A DNA stretch of 64,000 nt from Cenococcum geophilum. Lineage: Eukaryota. Position 1 is the first letter of the stretch; each line of letters starts with the position of its first letter. The translations under genes and the position numbers were made by a program. The stretch is from positions 15,438,001 to 15,502,000 of the forward strand of contig CP158635.1 of assembly GCA_050273025.1 (NCBI GenBank). The letters run 5' to 3'. This document shows positions 1 through 13,404 of this stretch, in pieces. Under the pieces are notes generated by a model that saw nothing but the letters and a program-made list of their open reading frames with translations, was not told the origin of the DNA and did no database searches.

Positions 1-1660
1 CTTAGCCAATACTTATAAATAAAGTAATTAAAATAGAATAGATAGTTAAAAAAGTAATATTATCTACCCTATCTGGCTAGTACTTGTATTTCTTATAGTT
101 AGACAGTCTCCAACCTCTTAGTTACCTATCCTTAAGTTTATATATAGTACTTTAATTATCCTCTTAGTAGTAGTTTAAAATTACTCTATTCTTAAAGCCT
201 TTATAAAGGGGAATCTTAAAAAGTAAATAATATACCTCCTATACTAACCAATTACGTTTAATAATAAGCTTATTTATAAACTTAACTACTACTAAACTAA
301 AGGTACAAAGACTGTTAGTATATAGCTATACTAATTAAAATAACTCCTAGTAGGAAGTTAGCTTCTTCTCTTCCTTACTATAATATTTGCCTATATAGTT
401 AACCGTTACTAATATGCTTATAGCGGGTAATATATTAATATTTACTATCTATACTAGTATTATAGCTATATTATAGATATTAAAATTTTTATTATTATAC
501 TATAAATATAATATTTAGTAATATAGATTTTAATCCTTTAATATAGCGGCTTTATTATAATAAAATGCGTTAAAAGTAAAAATAAAACTCCTTTACTCTA
601 GCAGAGCCTTTCTTTAATTTTAAGTGGTAAGATTTAGTGCAATTACAATATTATTAAAATCAGTTAAGGTAAGTAGTAAGAAGCTTACTAGTATTAACTT
701 ATTCTTTATAACTAAAAGTAGAAGGGTATTAGAAATTAGGAAGCTTAGATTAATTAGGATTAATTATAAATATAAAAGCAGCCTAGTACTTAGTAAAAGC
801 TACCCTTAATTCACTAGCTAACAGATCTAGCCTTAGGGCTATTAAACTCTAAAAAAGCTATATATAGCCGCTACCTTATACCTACCACTTATATTAAGAT
901 TAAAAGTTAGTATTATTAAATAGACCTATAAGTATATACTTTCTAAATAGATTAAAGCGGTAATATAGCTAGTAAGCAGCAATGTATAAGTTATTATTAA
1001 ATTTTTAAAAAGTAATCTAGTAGCGCCCAGCCTTATTAACAGCCTTATACTTATTAAATTAAAGTATATAAGAGTATAAACCATATTAATATAAATTAGT
1101 AGCACTAAATGTAAACAATAGTAACCTACTTTTACTATTTTTAATATAAACTATAAGCTTATTTCTTTCCTACCTCTATTAAGATCTAGTGCCCTTAAGC
1201 TGCCATATATACTATATAATTTTATTTAGCAACCAGTCCCCTAAGGTATTCTTAGTATTATTTTTAGGTGGAGTAGTTTACCACACCTTATAGGACGATT
1301 CTTAGTAGTAGAACCTAACTCTATAATAGCTCTCTACTTATTTAAATCATATTTAGAGGCCTAGAAAAGTAAGCAGAAGCAGGAGTAGTATATAGGGAAG
1401 ACGCGCCTTGTCAATCGGAAGTCCGTGCGCAGATTTTAGGTGAGGAAAACTTGTGTAAAGATTGATCTATGAAGAAAAAGAGACTAGATATACATGAGGT
1501 AGGTGGCAAAGACTGACGTCGACACTACGTCATTGCAACCTGATCGACACGCCTTTAACAATCGATATAACTGATATAGCTTTAAAAGCTTCTTTAAAGG
1601 GCCGTCTTTAACAAAATTAAAGCGGGGCTTATAGATATAACACTTGCTACACTTAATTAC
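1..1660. mobile_element. RIP-degraded AT-rich repeat relic, unclassified
   Basis: Very AT-rich with strong TpA excess, no intact ORF, and it hosts a solo LTR. The family is not recognisable and the right boundary is approximate. Confidence 0.6.
1409..1549. mobile_element. Solo LTR (141 bp)
   Basis: Begins TGTCAATC and ends GATCGACA (TG..CA, imperfect inverted ends). Flanked by 5-bp TSD CGCCT (1404-1408 / 1550-1554). Confidence 0.85.
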
Positions 1661-1979
1661 AGTAAGATCTGCTATATTTATAATATATATAGCAGTATTA
1701 ATAGAGGTGTCAACAAAAAGGAAGACGCAATACTAGGGTATTTTAATGTTCATAATATTTTGATGTCCGTCACGTGGATTCTGCCATAACTTACCGCGCG
1801 CAACTTTTTTTTTAACCAATCAGAAGCAGGCGTGGCGGGGGTTTGAATTCTAGGTCCCGAAAATATAGACCACTCGTACCTAAGGCTAATCAGAAGACGG
1901 AAAACACCGCATACTCTCCTTCATAAATCTTTCTCCATCACGTTTGCTCATTTAGTTATGGTATTATAGATAATCTAAC

Positions 1980-3243
1980 ATGGACCATTTCGAGAAATTG
2001 CTTGCTGAGGCGACAGCGAAAGGATCTAATGGAATACCAGGCACCGTCGTCGCTGTTGTTGATAAGGAAGGTCAGTCTGCAAAAGGTCGATAATATTTCG
2101 GAATTAATGGTCCATATAGGGAAATATGTCTACAAGAAGACTGCTGGATATAAAACCCTTGCCGAATATGCCTTGCCAATGGACTTCGACAGTACCTACG
2201 CAATAGCTTCCTGCACTAAGCTGATCACATCAATTGCGGCATTGCAGTGCGTTGAGCGAGGTCAAATAACTCTGGATGGCCCGGTGGATAAGCTCTTACC
2301 AGAACTTACTGAGCTGCCCATAATTGAGGCAAGTGCGGATAATGCGGAAAAGCCCCCGTATACCCTCAAACCTGCGAAGAAGAGTATTACTCTCCGCCAT
2401 CTGCTCACCCACACAAGCGGCACCTGCTATGAAGTAATGGACCCTAGTGTGGCGGCGTGGAGAACTGATCGTGGCGAAGGGCCCAAGTGGATGATAGGCA
2501 AAGTAGTGGAAGCGTTCAGTACACCAAGGATTTTCGAGGCAGGGGAGAGCTGGTCTTACGGCACGTCGCTGGATTGGGCCGGTCTTCTGGTAGGGCGTCT
2601 CAACAAAACTACCCTTGGCGAGTACGTGGAGCAGCATATTTTTAGTCCACTCGGTATGAACTCGACGACTTTCCATTTGGAGCAGAAACCACATGTCCGA
2701 GAGGAGCTGATGACGATGTTCGCACGAGGTCCTGGTGGCGAATTGCTACCCGGACCGTCGAGAATACTCGCAGACCCAGCTCCCGAAGAAATGGGAGGCA
2801 CAGGACTGTATTCTTCTGTGCCAGATTATACCCGCGTGCTGGCGGACCTCTTAAAGGAATCCCCGGTAGTACTGAAGAAAGAAACTGTGGATATGATGTT
2901 CACACCGCAACTCGCCGAGGGTACTAGCGCACACAGTGCGCTAATTGGGGAGGACCGCGACACATATCGTCTTATGGTCGGAGGGACGTCGAGAGGTCTG
3001 AATATTAGTTTTGGCCTAGGAGGTTTAGTCATACTGGACGACATCGAGAAGCCGGATTACTACAAACCAAAGGGAACGTTGACCTGGAGTGGGCTTCCAA
3101 ATCTAGTGTGGGCCGTAAATCGGGAAAAGGGCCTCGCACTGATGTATGCAACACAGATAGTTCCCTGGGGAGATGAGAAAAGCCACGCCGTGACTCAGGC
3201 CTTTGAAACTGCAGTGTGGAGAAATCTCAGCAAATCAGCATGA
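1980..3243 (+). CDS. Beta-lactamase-family serine hydrolase (LovD/EstB-like esterase/acyltransferase)
   Basis: ATG at 1980 (MDHFEKLLAEA...VVAVVDKEG); GT-AG intron 2071-2119 joins in frame to the 413-aa ORF. Motifs: SxxK (ASCTKL), LLTHTSG, WSYG, and C-terminal WSGLPN. Confidence 0.9.
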
Positions 3244-3737
3244 AATTCTCCAGGCTTAATAGAATATCAAGGATCAATGAGTTTATGAAATGAGAAACAA
3301 CTTGACGCGAAACGCGCTTGCGCGAGAAAACAAACGCCACAATAGGTGACGCCGTGAACCAGCCATCATCCCCTAAGCTTCAACGTCCTCCGCTCATCTC
3401 CTCTGTTCACATGCATTCACCTCACAACTATCTGGCACTTTGTTGAGTTTGGTACTATCCGATGAATCAGAATACCTATGTACGCTTTTATTATATTGCA
3501 AGGATTGGGACAGCTGTCAACCCCCCCTTCGTGGAGCTCGATACGACTCTCTAGGCACCCAATCTTAATGACATTAACAATCGATTGACCAAGCAGGAAG
3601 ATTGAGAAGCCTGAGATGCGGAGGAGTCCCAGTGCTTGAGGGGGATTAGGCATATCGGATGCTATGGGAGCTCGGAAAGATCTATACACTAAACTTGATC
3701 AGGCGCTCCGTTCCAGAAGGATTAAACAACGCATCAT

Positions 3738-3787
3738 GAAGCCGCATCGCGTTGTTGAAGCCGCATCGCGTTGTCGAAGCCGCATCG
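3738..3787. repeat. Short tandem repeat, 19-bp unit GAAGCCGCATCGCGTTGTY x ~2.6
   Basis: Seen directly upstream of the PLP-enzyme gene. Confidence 0.8.
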
Positions 3788-4014
3788 AGACGTTACAGTA
3801 TGCAACTCGTAGGGCGTACCAAAGGCTCTACGAACAAGCGGCGTTCCTAGCGTCGATCATCCCCACCTGCCTATCTGGGTGCGTGTCCCCTCATCTTGCG
3901 CTGGCATATATAGCGATCTGATATCTAAACAACAGCTTTCAGCAGACCAGGCTTCAAGTTTCATTGCACCATCTCATTTCCAATCTCAAGTCTACGACTC
4001 TAGGAACCACAATC

Positions 4015-5489
4015 ATGGAGGCTTTTGACGTCTCCAAAGCTAGGAGCCGCTTCCCTGCCTTGAACCAAGATCAAGTCTTTCTTGATAATGCTGGTGGTAG
4101 TCAAGTTCTTGGAGACGTAATCGAGTCGTATGGTCCATGCTTTACTGAGTGGTGATCGCGAACCGCTATTGAATAAGACACTAGGATATCCAAGTACCTT
4201 TCCCACACCAATGTCCAAACTGGAGCTTCATATGCCATAGGCAAAGTGTCTACTTCTCGATATGGTGAAGGCTGCAAAGCGGCAGCTCGTTACATGAATG
4301 CAGACCCGGATGAAGTCGGTTAGTCGACAATTATTGTATCTATTCAAAGCTATCTGTAAAGTCTACCAGTGGATATTTTTGTACTCCATTTGTATAGCGG
4401 TCATATCATATACAATGCTTCCATGGCGCTCTGTATAATATTGCTACGTGCTTTAATTGCCTAACTCTTTGCAGTACTTGGCCCCTCTACAACCCAACTA
4501 TTCCGTAACATTTCACTCACGATGAAGTTCGAGCTCGAGGATGAAATTATAATTTCTAAAATCGACCACGAAACGAACATCAAACCCTGGGTTGATATGG
4601 CCGAGCGAAATGGCATGATACTTAAATGGTGGGTCCCTGAGAATGAGAGCTTGAGATTGGACGTCGACTCTCTTACCCCTCTTCTATCTTCCCGGACAAA
4701 GTTTGTTACCTGTACCCACATTTCTAATATCCTGGGTACGGTACACGACATTCCATCTATTGCAAAAGCGGTTCATTCCATACCTGGAGCCATGTTTTGC
4801 GTTGATGGAGTGTCATACGCTCCTCATCGCCAAATCGATGTGAAGGAGCTAGATGTCGATTTTTACGGATTCTCGTGGTATAAGGTAAGCCCCTCGATCC
4901 TTCATTCTTGCTACAACGCGGTCTGAAAGGTTTTCAGGTCTATGGACCCCACATATCTACGCTCTATGCTCGACGAGCTGCCCAGGAAAACCTCAACCCA
5001 TTGAGCCATTTCTTTATCCCTAAAGATACGCTGGAGGGCAAAATTGGCCTGGCAGGAGCGAATTACGAACTGGCGCAGTCGATCCCCGAAATTGTCTCCT
5101 ACCTTGGTGGATCTTCGCCAAAGCCCGTTTTCGAAGCTATTGCAGTGCACGAGGGTAAACTTCAAGCCGCCCTACTTGCATATCTAACATCTCGAGGCGA
5201 TATTAGTATCTATGGCGAGAAGAATGCTGATCCTACCATCCGAGTGCCAACAATCAGTTTTACCGTGAAAGGGATGGACTCTCGGGAGGTAGTAGAACAA
5301 GCAGATCAAAAATCTAATTTCGGATTCCGGTGGGGACATTTCTACAGCAAGAGGCTGTGCAGCGAGATTCTCGGATTAGGCGACGGTGGTGTAGTAAGGA
5401 TTAGCATGGTACACTACAATACCGAAGAGGAAGTAAGATCATTGATTGAAACGTTGGATGGAATTCTACCTCGCAATACACTAAAATAG
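4015..5489 (+). CDS. PLP-dependent aminotransferase class V / cysteine desulfurase-like protein
   Basis: Exons 4015-4127, 4185-4318, 4475-4884 and 4938-5489 with GT-AG introns. Motifs: FPAL..VFLDNAGGSQ, DHETNI.PW, VDGVSYAPH, FSWYKVYGPH (PLP lysine spans the last intron), VRISMVHYNT. Confidence 0.9.
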
Positions 5490-5762
5490 AGAGCATCCGT
5501 TTTCAAAGTTTTAAACTATTATTGTAGGTTGTTATTGTTTTAATTGATCTCATTACAACAGAACAATGACAATTTTATGTGAATAATCCACAATAGCTAT
5601 TCTTCCCTAAGTTAAAGGTCCCATCGTCCGCAGTAGGGACTTAGATCAAACAAACCAACTTACAACTCTCTCATCCACACAAATACAATTTCTTAGAATC
5701 TACAATCCTCATATTGGCACGCCTGATTTCATCATCATCATTCTCAATCTCAAACACGCAAC

Positions 5763-6299
5763 ATGTCAGAGGTCACTGCCCAAATCCAGTCCTACGAGGC
5801 CACCTTCCAGGAACTATGCGCAATCATAAAGCACCAGGAAGAGTAGATTGACGGCCTGAAGGCGCAGCTGAAAGCTGTGACGGAATCTGGGAAGCAGGAG
5901 ACGTAGAAGCTCAGAGCCCTCAATGAGCAAAGTGGGGTGCAGGCAAAGGCCGACCTCGCCAAAGCTGATTGGGTCTTGCACCTTGTCCCAACTGTGACGG
6001 AACGGCGGCTGAGATAATGCCTCTGGGCTGTTGGGAGAATGTTCGGGGTCGAGGCGGATGCCCCTTACGCAGATTGGCCCATGCCAGCACCATTTCCACC
6101 ACCAGCTGTTAGTGGCTTCGGCCAATCAAAAAGGCCCTTAGATGGCCCAAGCGGTCGCGGTCCCAAACGTCGCAAGGGCACGACTTCTCACAAGGCCTCT
6201 CCAGCACCGTCAATCATAGCAGCACCGCCGCCAGCATCGCCACCTCCAACAGAAGAGCCGAGGCAGAGCCGAAGACTTGCGTCAATGAGAAAGAGATAG
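5763..6299 (+). pseudogene. Pseudogene of a ~178-codon coiled-coil/Pro-rich basic protein
   Basis: One frame runs from ATG 5763 (MSEVTAQIQSYEATFQELCAIIKHQEE) to TAG 6299. It is broken only by in-frame stops at 5844, 5904 and 6015. Confidence 0.65.
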
Positions 6300-6549
6300 G
6301 GGATGGAGAGGGGGGTCTCCTGGGGTTGTTTTGGAAATTGGAAGTTGCTTGTCTCTAAGATTGTGTTTTGGAGTTGTACGATACTGTCTGGCGTTATCAA
6401 TAATGAGGGCCGTGCTGAGTAATTTATGCTAACCCGATTGAGTTCAATTTTAAAAACCGTGCCTCTGAACGTGCTCATTTCCCCACCAGCCTCACCTAGC
6501 TGATATACATTTGTCCAAGCCTCTACTTGTCCGAACCTACTATTCGATA

Positions 6550-9500
6550 ATGGAAAGCAAGTTAGATAATACTATAATACGTCAGCTAGAACCCCCGGGG
6601 CTTGCTCTTTACTTCCGCCATATCTTGACGACGAATTCTGAAGCAGCCGTTTCAGCTCACCTGTTGGAAGCAGTCAAATATGGATCAGTAACGCCTATGA
6701 TCTTTTGCATCTGGCTGACAATTGCCAAATTGCCCTCGTCATTATCAGATGCCCTTACGCAGGAGCATTCATTGATTGTTCGGAGAGTCGCCATAAAGCA
6801 ATTCGGCAAAGAATTGAAAAGCAGCCGCTGGAGAACAACTTTGGATGAACTTGGTGGAACACCTGGCTTGCTCTCATTGATTGCTCAATTCTCAGTTGTA
6901 GAAGTCCAGCTCTTCGTGAAAACCGTTGCCCGATACGTCAAGGGAGTCGAGGTTGATGAAAAGCGGGAAAGAGTTGAAGAATTGCTGCGTGGATTGCTTC
7001 CGCGCCTATTCCCCGATATGCCTCACAAAAGCCCCGACGGGCGACCACTAACCAGCCATTACGCTTATCTTACTTTATGCAGTACATCAGAGTTCCTCAC
7101 CTTGGCCTTGCGTACTAAATCATTCCCGCCCTTGCAGTGGTTGCCTACATCACTAACCCTCAAATACCGATCTGAGTTGCTGCGACAACTTTCTCTCAAC
7201 AAAATCTTCGAAAAGGATAGTAGTCAATTTGACCTCCCTGATTGCCTTTCTGATTTGCTTGGGCGCTCTCCTTCATGTTCTAGTCTAGAGCCAGGCTTTT
7301 CGGAATCAATGCTTTTCTCACTAGAGCTCCTCCGCAAACTTGCACGAGATAATAGTGCCAAATTTCCAAAACGAATGTTCATGTCACGACTTGTAGAACC
7401 GCTTCTTCGCAGGGCCGTTAAAAAAAAACTTGATTGGACAAGTATACAAGAAATCATCGATCTTGCCATTCAATATCTTCGAGTTTATCCAAACGAGACT
7501 GCCAATATTTCGTTTTCCTCTGGTGGCTTTTTGCATAGCCTCATGCGATGCTGGTCAGCTCGCGAATCACTGTTTCAGAAACAGCTCGTTGAGGCTCTTG
7601 AATTGATTCCTAAATCACAGGCCAGCATCAGTAATTATGCTGGAATTCTTCTTGTCTTGCGGCGGTCTCTTCGCTACGACTTTCTTCGGCTTTGCTTTTT
7701 ATATGTCTCAATTCACAAACGAGACATCGACATTGATGAGGGATTAAACGATCTTCGTGTGGGTCAGTGGCCCTGCAACATTTTCACCAGATTGGAGCCG
7801 GGACATGCTCTGAACTTGCTCCGACGACTACGCCGCGTCAAAAACGATCATAACTTTCTTACGTTAGACCATTCATACAGTGATTATTCAATACTCCACC
7901 AACCTCCATCGCCAGGTTTGAAATATGGAGACTTCAATCTGCTTCAGATATTTCTCGAGCAAGGAGATGCGGAGGCTCTAGACAGAGCTAAGATCAGTAA
8001 GCGTTATTCATTTGTAGAATTTTAGCTAGTACTAACCAGCGAAGCTGTTGAGGAGAGAAAACGGAAAGCAGTGATTAGTAGAGAACAAACAGATCGAGCC
8101 TTCTTCGCTAAGTCTGCTCTTTTTTACGCAATCGCAAGTGGATCATTACAGCTGTACTCGGAGACACTTGTCTGGGCACGCCGTTTTGTCCGGGACCCGG
8201 TGCGTGGAATCTTAATGTTTAGTGTGGTTTCCTTCTAATCGTATTGCAGCTCGCCATCAAAATTCTTTACGCAAAAGATGCCACTCATACTCATGAAGGA
8301 ATTAATTTGCTCTCTGGCACGCAAAAAGTCTTCCCTTCAATATCAGATAGCTCCCTTATCTACTCAAAAGTATTGGAAGGAAATAAAACCCTCTTAACAC
8401 TTTTCGAAACAGCATGTTCAGCTATAAGAGAACCATCCTTCTACCATCTCGACTGGTCTCCTATCTTGGAACTCTTCCGAATCATCGTTCTAGCTCGTCT
8501 ACAGCGCTCAAGCACCTTGAAACGCTCCCTGATACTATCTGACGACGAACTTTACGAAATCCTCTGGGCCGATACTATAGAGCTTCTCATTGGGGTGGAG
8601 AAAGCAGCTCTGAAACCTGGACATGAGGCCTTGAGTTTTGACTCACCACAGGGCCCGTTATCTTACAACTACTTTAACAGCCACAGTTCGCTTGGAGACC
8701 CTCTACCGGCATCCTTTCGGTTCTTTGACAATCTAGCAAAGGCGCGGGATGCCCTTTGGCGGAAGTTCCGGCCATCCATCTTCCCCGTTGCTGCGACGCT
8801 CCCTTCACCTTGGCCTCTAGGTCTGCCGATTCAGTGCATGACGCATCTTTTCAACCCGGCGGTCGAGTCAGCGGGTAGTCATACACCCTTCATAGCTTCT
8901 CGTGCTGCTGCCATAGTTTTTGCTGAAGCAGGGATTGCGCTCTCGCCTGCACCCGAAGATAAAGAGACCAAGGATGCGATTGGAGCCTTTGTTGATAGCT
9001 TCAGGGTATCCCTTGAAATCTACGTCCTGCAGAGTCCACCCCAAGAGAGGAGTGAACGTATGAAACGCGCATGGTCCCATGCTATGGAATCTTTTAGTAT
9101 CGGACGCATGGAACCAAATGAAGCGTATCGTACCTGGGCCTACTACTTCCAGCAAGCCCTGCCATCTTTCCTAATGCCACCTCCAGAAAGTGAAATAATT
9201 CCTCCATATCCCATCCTTCCCGAAGATGTCGACACTCTAGAACCCAGCGAGTGGGATCCTGCCTTCAAACAACCTCCTTCGATAGCCTCTCGAAACCTCA
9301 CGTTGACATGCTTGGACTATTTACTAATGGCGCCAACAAATATCAGCAAAGCCACGCAAGGCTTCAGTATCCTAGGATCAACAACGCAAGGACGTAACCT
9401 GCCAGGAGTATGGTCATACCAGATGCCATGGAGATCACAGGAGGTACGAGAAGGCCAAGTTCTCTCCGCTCTGCTATTTCTTGATAGTAGGAAAGGAGGT

Positions 9501-11528
9501 TATCGGAGACTATTATCAACACCATTTCCTTCGGAATCGGACGTTCGATATCCATGTCTTTTCCTTGCTCCTGAATTCCTCTGTCGGCCTGAACTAAGCC
9601 CGTCAAATGCGAGAGAAATACTTGCTCACCTCTTAAATACCGTGCCTCCACCTCTTCTTGCCGATTTGACAAATGCCACACTCGACACGCTATTGAAAAC
9701 ACCTCCGGAATCCTCTGGTGCTATAGAGTTAGAGGGTATTGCTTATGGACTGCTTATTCTCCTTACGAAGAGCGATTGTCCGCACCTTGCATCAGACCCC
9801 GTCTTGAGAATAATTATAGATAGGCCGGAATCTAGTTCGTGGCATCGGAGGTTTCTCACTGTGACCTTTTTAAGGAGACTCTCGGCGGCTCAATCACGGG
9901 GTTTGTTTCAGTCTTTCGCTAGTGCAGTTCGGATGAAGCTCGAAGAGCAGGCTGAAGCAAGGAAAATCAAGCCAGCGGAAGGTCCTCAAAGCACTTCCTC
10001 AATGCCTTACATCAAGGTTACTACGGTGAAATACTTGGCTCAACTCCTGGATGGTGCCGATTTCGTCTCAGAAAGCTTCTCAGTTGACGTGCTTTGTGGT
10101 TTGTTTCAAAGTTCCTCTCATCTGGATATTCGAGCTGCAGTTATTGAGAGCATGCTGGGTATGCTCGGAAGGTGTTCAGATGAGTTTTCTGACCCTTTGG
10201 CGGAGCAGTTAATATCGTCGTTTGAAACTACGATGCCTATTTTAGGCAGCATCAATGAGAGACGCTCGTTGACCGAGGAAGATTGGGTTGAAGCCGAACG
10301 GACCGAGATAACCCCAGAGGCTTACGGCGACAAGGATATGAAATCACTTCCGCCTATCTTAAGTCTCCTAGTCCACTTCGTCTCAAATTCCTCTTATCCG
10401 ATGAACCGGCGTAAAAGATTCATGGAGTCCATTCTGCTACCATTAATAGACATACTGAGAGCGAATACGGCCCGCTGGATAGATATTTTCTTAAGAAAAC
10501 ACAAATCAACTTTGAAGGCTTCGGATTTACCGTCAATTCCCTTCCGCACTCAGCTACTTGTCCACCTTCTCCAATTCTGTCCCACATTAACTCCTGCGTC
10601 AATCCTGGATCTCCACCATCAATTCTTTCTCGCGAATGTCCGACCTCAACCCGACTTAGCCATATTTAACAAATATGTGGCAGAAGGCTCTCTAGAACTT
10701 CGAAACTCAAATGAAGGACGTTACTGGCTATCTTTGTTCAATAACGGGCGCGACGCTTTTGACAACGGCGGGTTTAACCTCCCGTCTCTCTTGCGTAGGG
10801 TATGGGTACCTCCAGTAATACCGAATGGACTTGAGATCTCTCGAATTCAACGTGTCTTGTTTGAGCAAGCATATGCATTGCTACAGGCGCCGACTCTCTC
10901 ATTCACGCATTGGAACCGATTTATGCAGCGACTTGAACCCTCGCTCCACGCATCTGATCATGACATTCCGGACAAAAAGGCATGGCTCGAAAATACTAAG
11001 CCGGTAATCGAGGATATCATTAACTATATTGAAAGTATGCGCACGCGGGAGTGGCAGCGAAATTCGCAGCGAAAGCCGGCGATTCTCCCTACAACGTTCA
11101 ATTTGAGGTTGTGGCTACTGTGCTACCCCTCACAGCCTTCATCAAAGACTGCACCTGAGAAATGCAAGGACTTCGCAGAACAAATAAGCGTGTTAGTAAA
11201 TAAAATTGGAGGCACCAGGCCTTATCATGAGGATTTTCGGCTGCTCAAAAATGCTGCTCTGAAGTGCCCGACAAGAGATTGTGCGCTTGTTGCTTGCTAT
11301 CTTGGTGATCTGAGCAGGACGCTCCTCTCTTGGTTGACAGCTGTGGACTTGCTGCGTGTCGAGTTGGCAGATGCTTTATTCTGGGCTGCCACACCTCCCG
11401 AGAACGATATTACGATTCGAGCCAGAGAGATATTGACATCGTGGGCAATCAATGAGAACGAGGACGTGCGAATGAGAGGAATGAAGCTGCTTGCTAAGGG
11501 AATTGAACTATTCAAGAGAGATGGATAA
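6550..11528 (+). CDS. Large (~1600 aa) hypothetical protein, leucine-rich/helical, unknown function
   Basis: The 504-aa and 1094-aa ORFs are joined through a middle exon (8045-8199). Introns 7997-8044 (GTAAGC..ACTAAC..AG) and 8200-8249 (GTGCGT..CTAAT..CAG) preserve the frame. Confidence 0.8.
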
Positions 11529-12372
11529 CATTTTCAAAGGGTCATACAATTTTTTTTTCATGAAGCGTACTGATTCCAAGCTGGCAGAAAGAGTCATCCA
11601 CTATGCTTAATACGTAGATGGAGATAGGGGTTTGGTGTTGCGATGAGTGTCATGGAGAAAGGCGATTTTGCAGGAATTATTTGTGTGTTCTTGGTGCCCC
11701 GCTAGCAACGTCGGAGAGGCTCCGTGTAGGGGCTGGAAGAGGCCTGATTTGCTGCCTTTTCGCGCATTTCGGCATGCAGCCTGTCATGCCACAATAATTT
11801 CCCAAGAGCGAACTCTACAACGGCCATTGCCGCCATCTCTTTGCCAGTATTTGCTTTATGCTTGCGGTACATTGAGTCGTCGTTTCAACCGTTCATGCCG
11901 GCGGGAGATTGGCCTGTCCCTGACCTGCGCATCGATACCCAGCGACTGATCACTGCTCACCACGCCCAACCATTCCAACTTACAAGTCAGCATAGTCAAA
12001 TTTCAGAATCCCATGGTGACATGTTATGCCCCCGTTTTGCGGGGTCTTCGTTTGGAGCACAGCAGCAGCCAGGGTTTTAGTTCTCAACAAACACATGCCA
12101 AATGCATTACAACCTAATCTCACCTCTCGCATCACAGCTGCCTTTAAAAGAGTGGCGCTCCCTTGCTTGATCGATTCTGATTGATCCATGTTCGAATTTA
12201 TAAACATGCGCCCCCGCACTCAAGGCACTTTTCATTGACTTGATCGAAAACCCTCGAACCAGTCTGTATAGGAAGAAGTGGAAACACTAGGCAATATTCC
12301 AACGGAGACCGGTCTTTTACCATCTATCATACTACAGAATAGTGTTTGCATCAAGGCTTTGTCGCTATAGCA

Positions 12373-13404
12373 ATGGAGCAAGCGAACCTTTTCCAGAGCT
12401 TTCCGGACTTGTACAGGAGCAATTGGCACGACAGCATTCATGTCAAGAATGTCCTCTGCACTCCTCCCCAAAGCAATTCATTACCGTTTGAGGATTACAA
12501 ACCCCTCCGTGCCACTAGCTCCAGCTTTGAGCGGAACGGAGAATTCGATATTGACAATCATCCTTCGCCTGATATGGATGACTGGGTGAGCAATACTTTA
12601 ATGGCTCTAGAAAATATGCCATTATCACCTCCGCAAACCCACAAGTGGACGAACGACGCTGGAAAGACTCTGGCTGCCAGCGCAGCATTTCTACCCCCGC
12701 TAATAACGAGAAATCCCCCCCACCATCTCGAAATTCATGGCCAAACCACACAACCTAACGACCTATCTCCTAAGCTGCATTGCGGATCTCAGAGCTCTAG
12801 AACTGATTCAATTCCGCCCGAACAAATGAGAGTCTCGCCTCAGGAAACAAGGAACCGTTCGCCCCTGCCGCAAGCTCAGCAATCCCCCCCAAAACGACGC
12901 AAGGCGTCTCCAAAAGCCACCACCAGCACTGAAACCATACCAGAAAAGAAAACACGCCGCGGCCGCAGACCATTTGGTGTCTCTAAGGAAGGTGGTGCCG
13001 CCAACCCTGTCTTCTCAGCCAAGCGCGAAAGCCATCTCGAAAAGAACCGCATCGCAGCGCACAAGTGTCGACAGAAGAAGAAAGAGTGGGTCGAGGACCT
13101 GGAAATGCAAGCACGCGAACTCACAGCTGTCCGAGCGCATCTGAGATCCCATGTTACGATGCTAAGAGAGCAGGTTCTATTGCTCAAGAATGAGCTGCTC
13201 TCCCATGCGAATTGCGGATGTGGAAGGATTGATGCGTATGTTAACCGAACAGCGACGCAGATTTCACCGTCATCTCACATGGCAGCCTTGGAATTGCTAG
13301 GGGATATCGAGGGAAAGAAGGCGGAAGATAAGACTGAGCTGGGAGATAAGGACGCGTTTGAGCGTTTGGAGGATATCCTGAAGATGGACGAGGGTGAAGG
13401 GTGA
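12373..13404 (+). CDS. bZIP transcription factor (ATF/CREB, Atf21-like basic region)
   Basis: KRESHLEKNRIAAHKCRQKKKEWVEDLE basic region, a leucine heptad zipper, then LLSHANCGC. The start codon is uncertain (possible upstream exon). Confidence 0.88.
   Translation: MEQANLFQSFPDLYRSNWHDSIHVKNVLCTPPQSNSLPFEDYKPLRATSSSFERNGEFDIDNHPSPDMDDWVSNTLMALENMPLSPPQTHKWTNDAGKTLAASAAFLPPLITRNPPHHLEIHGQTTQPNDLSPKLHCGSQSSRTDSIPPEQMRVSPQETRNRSPLPQAQQSPPKRRKASPKATTSTETIPEKKTRRGRRPFGVSKEGGAANPVFSAKRESHLEKNRIAAHKCRQKKKEWVEDLEMQARELTAVRAHLRSHVTMLREQVLLLKNELLSHANCGCGRIDAYVNRTATQISPSSHMAALELLGDIEGKKAEDKTELGDKDAFERLEDILKMDEGEG

Noticed and set aside
11647..12300. Short ORFs upstream of the bZIP gene as genes or regulatory uORFs
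   Set aside because: Mostly non-ATG starts with no motifs, and the transcript structure is unknown.
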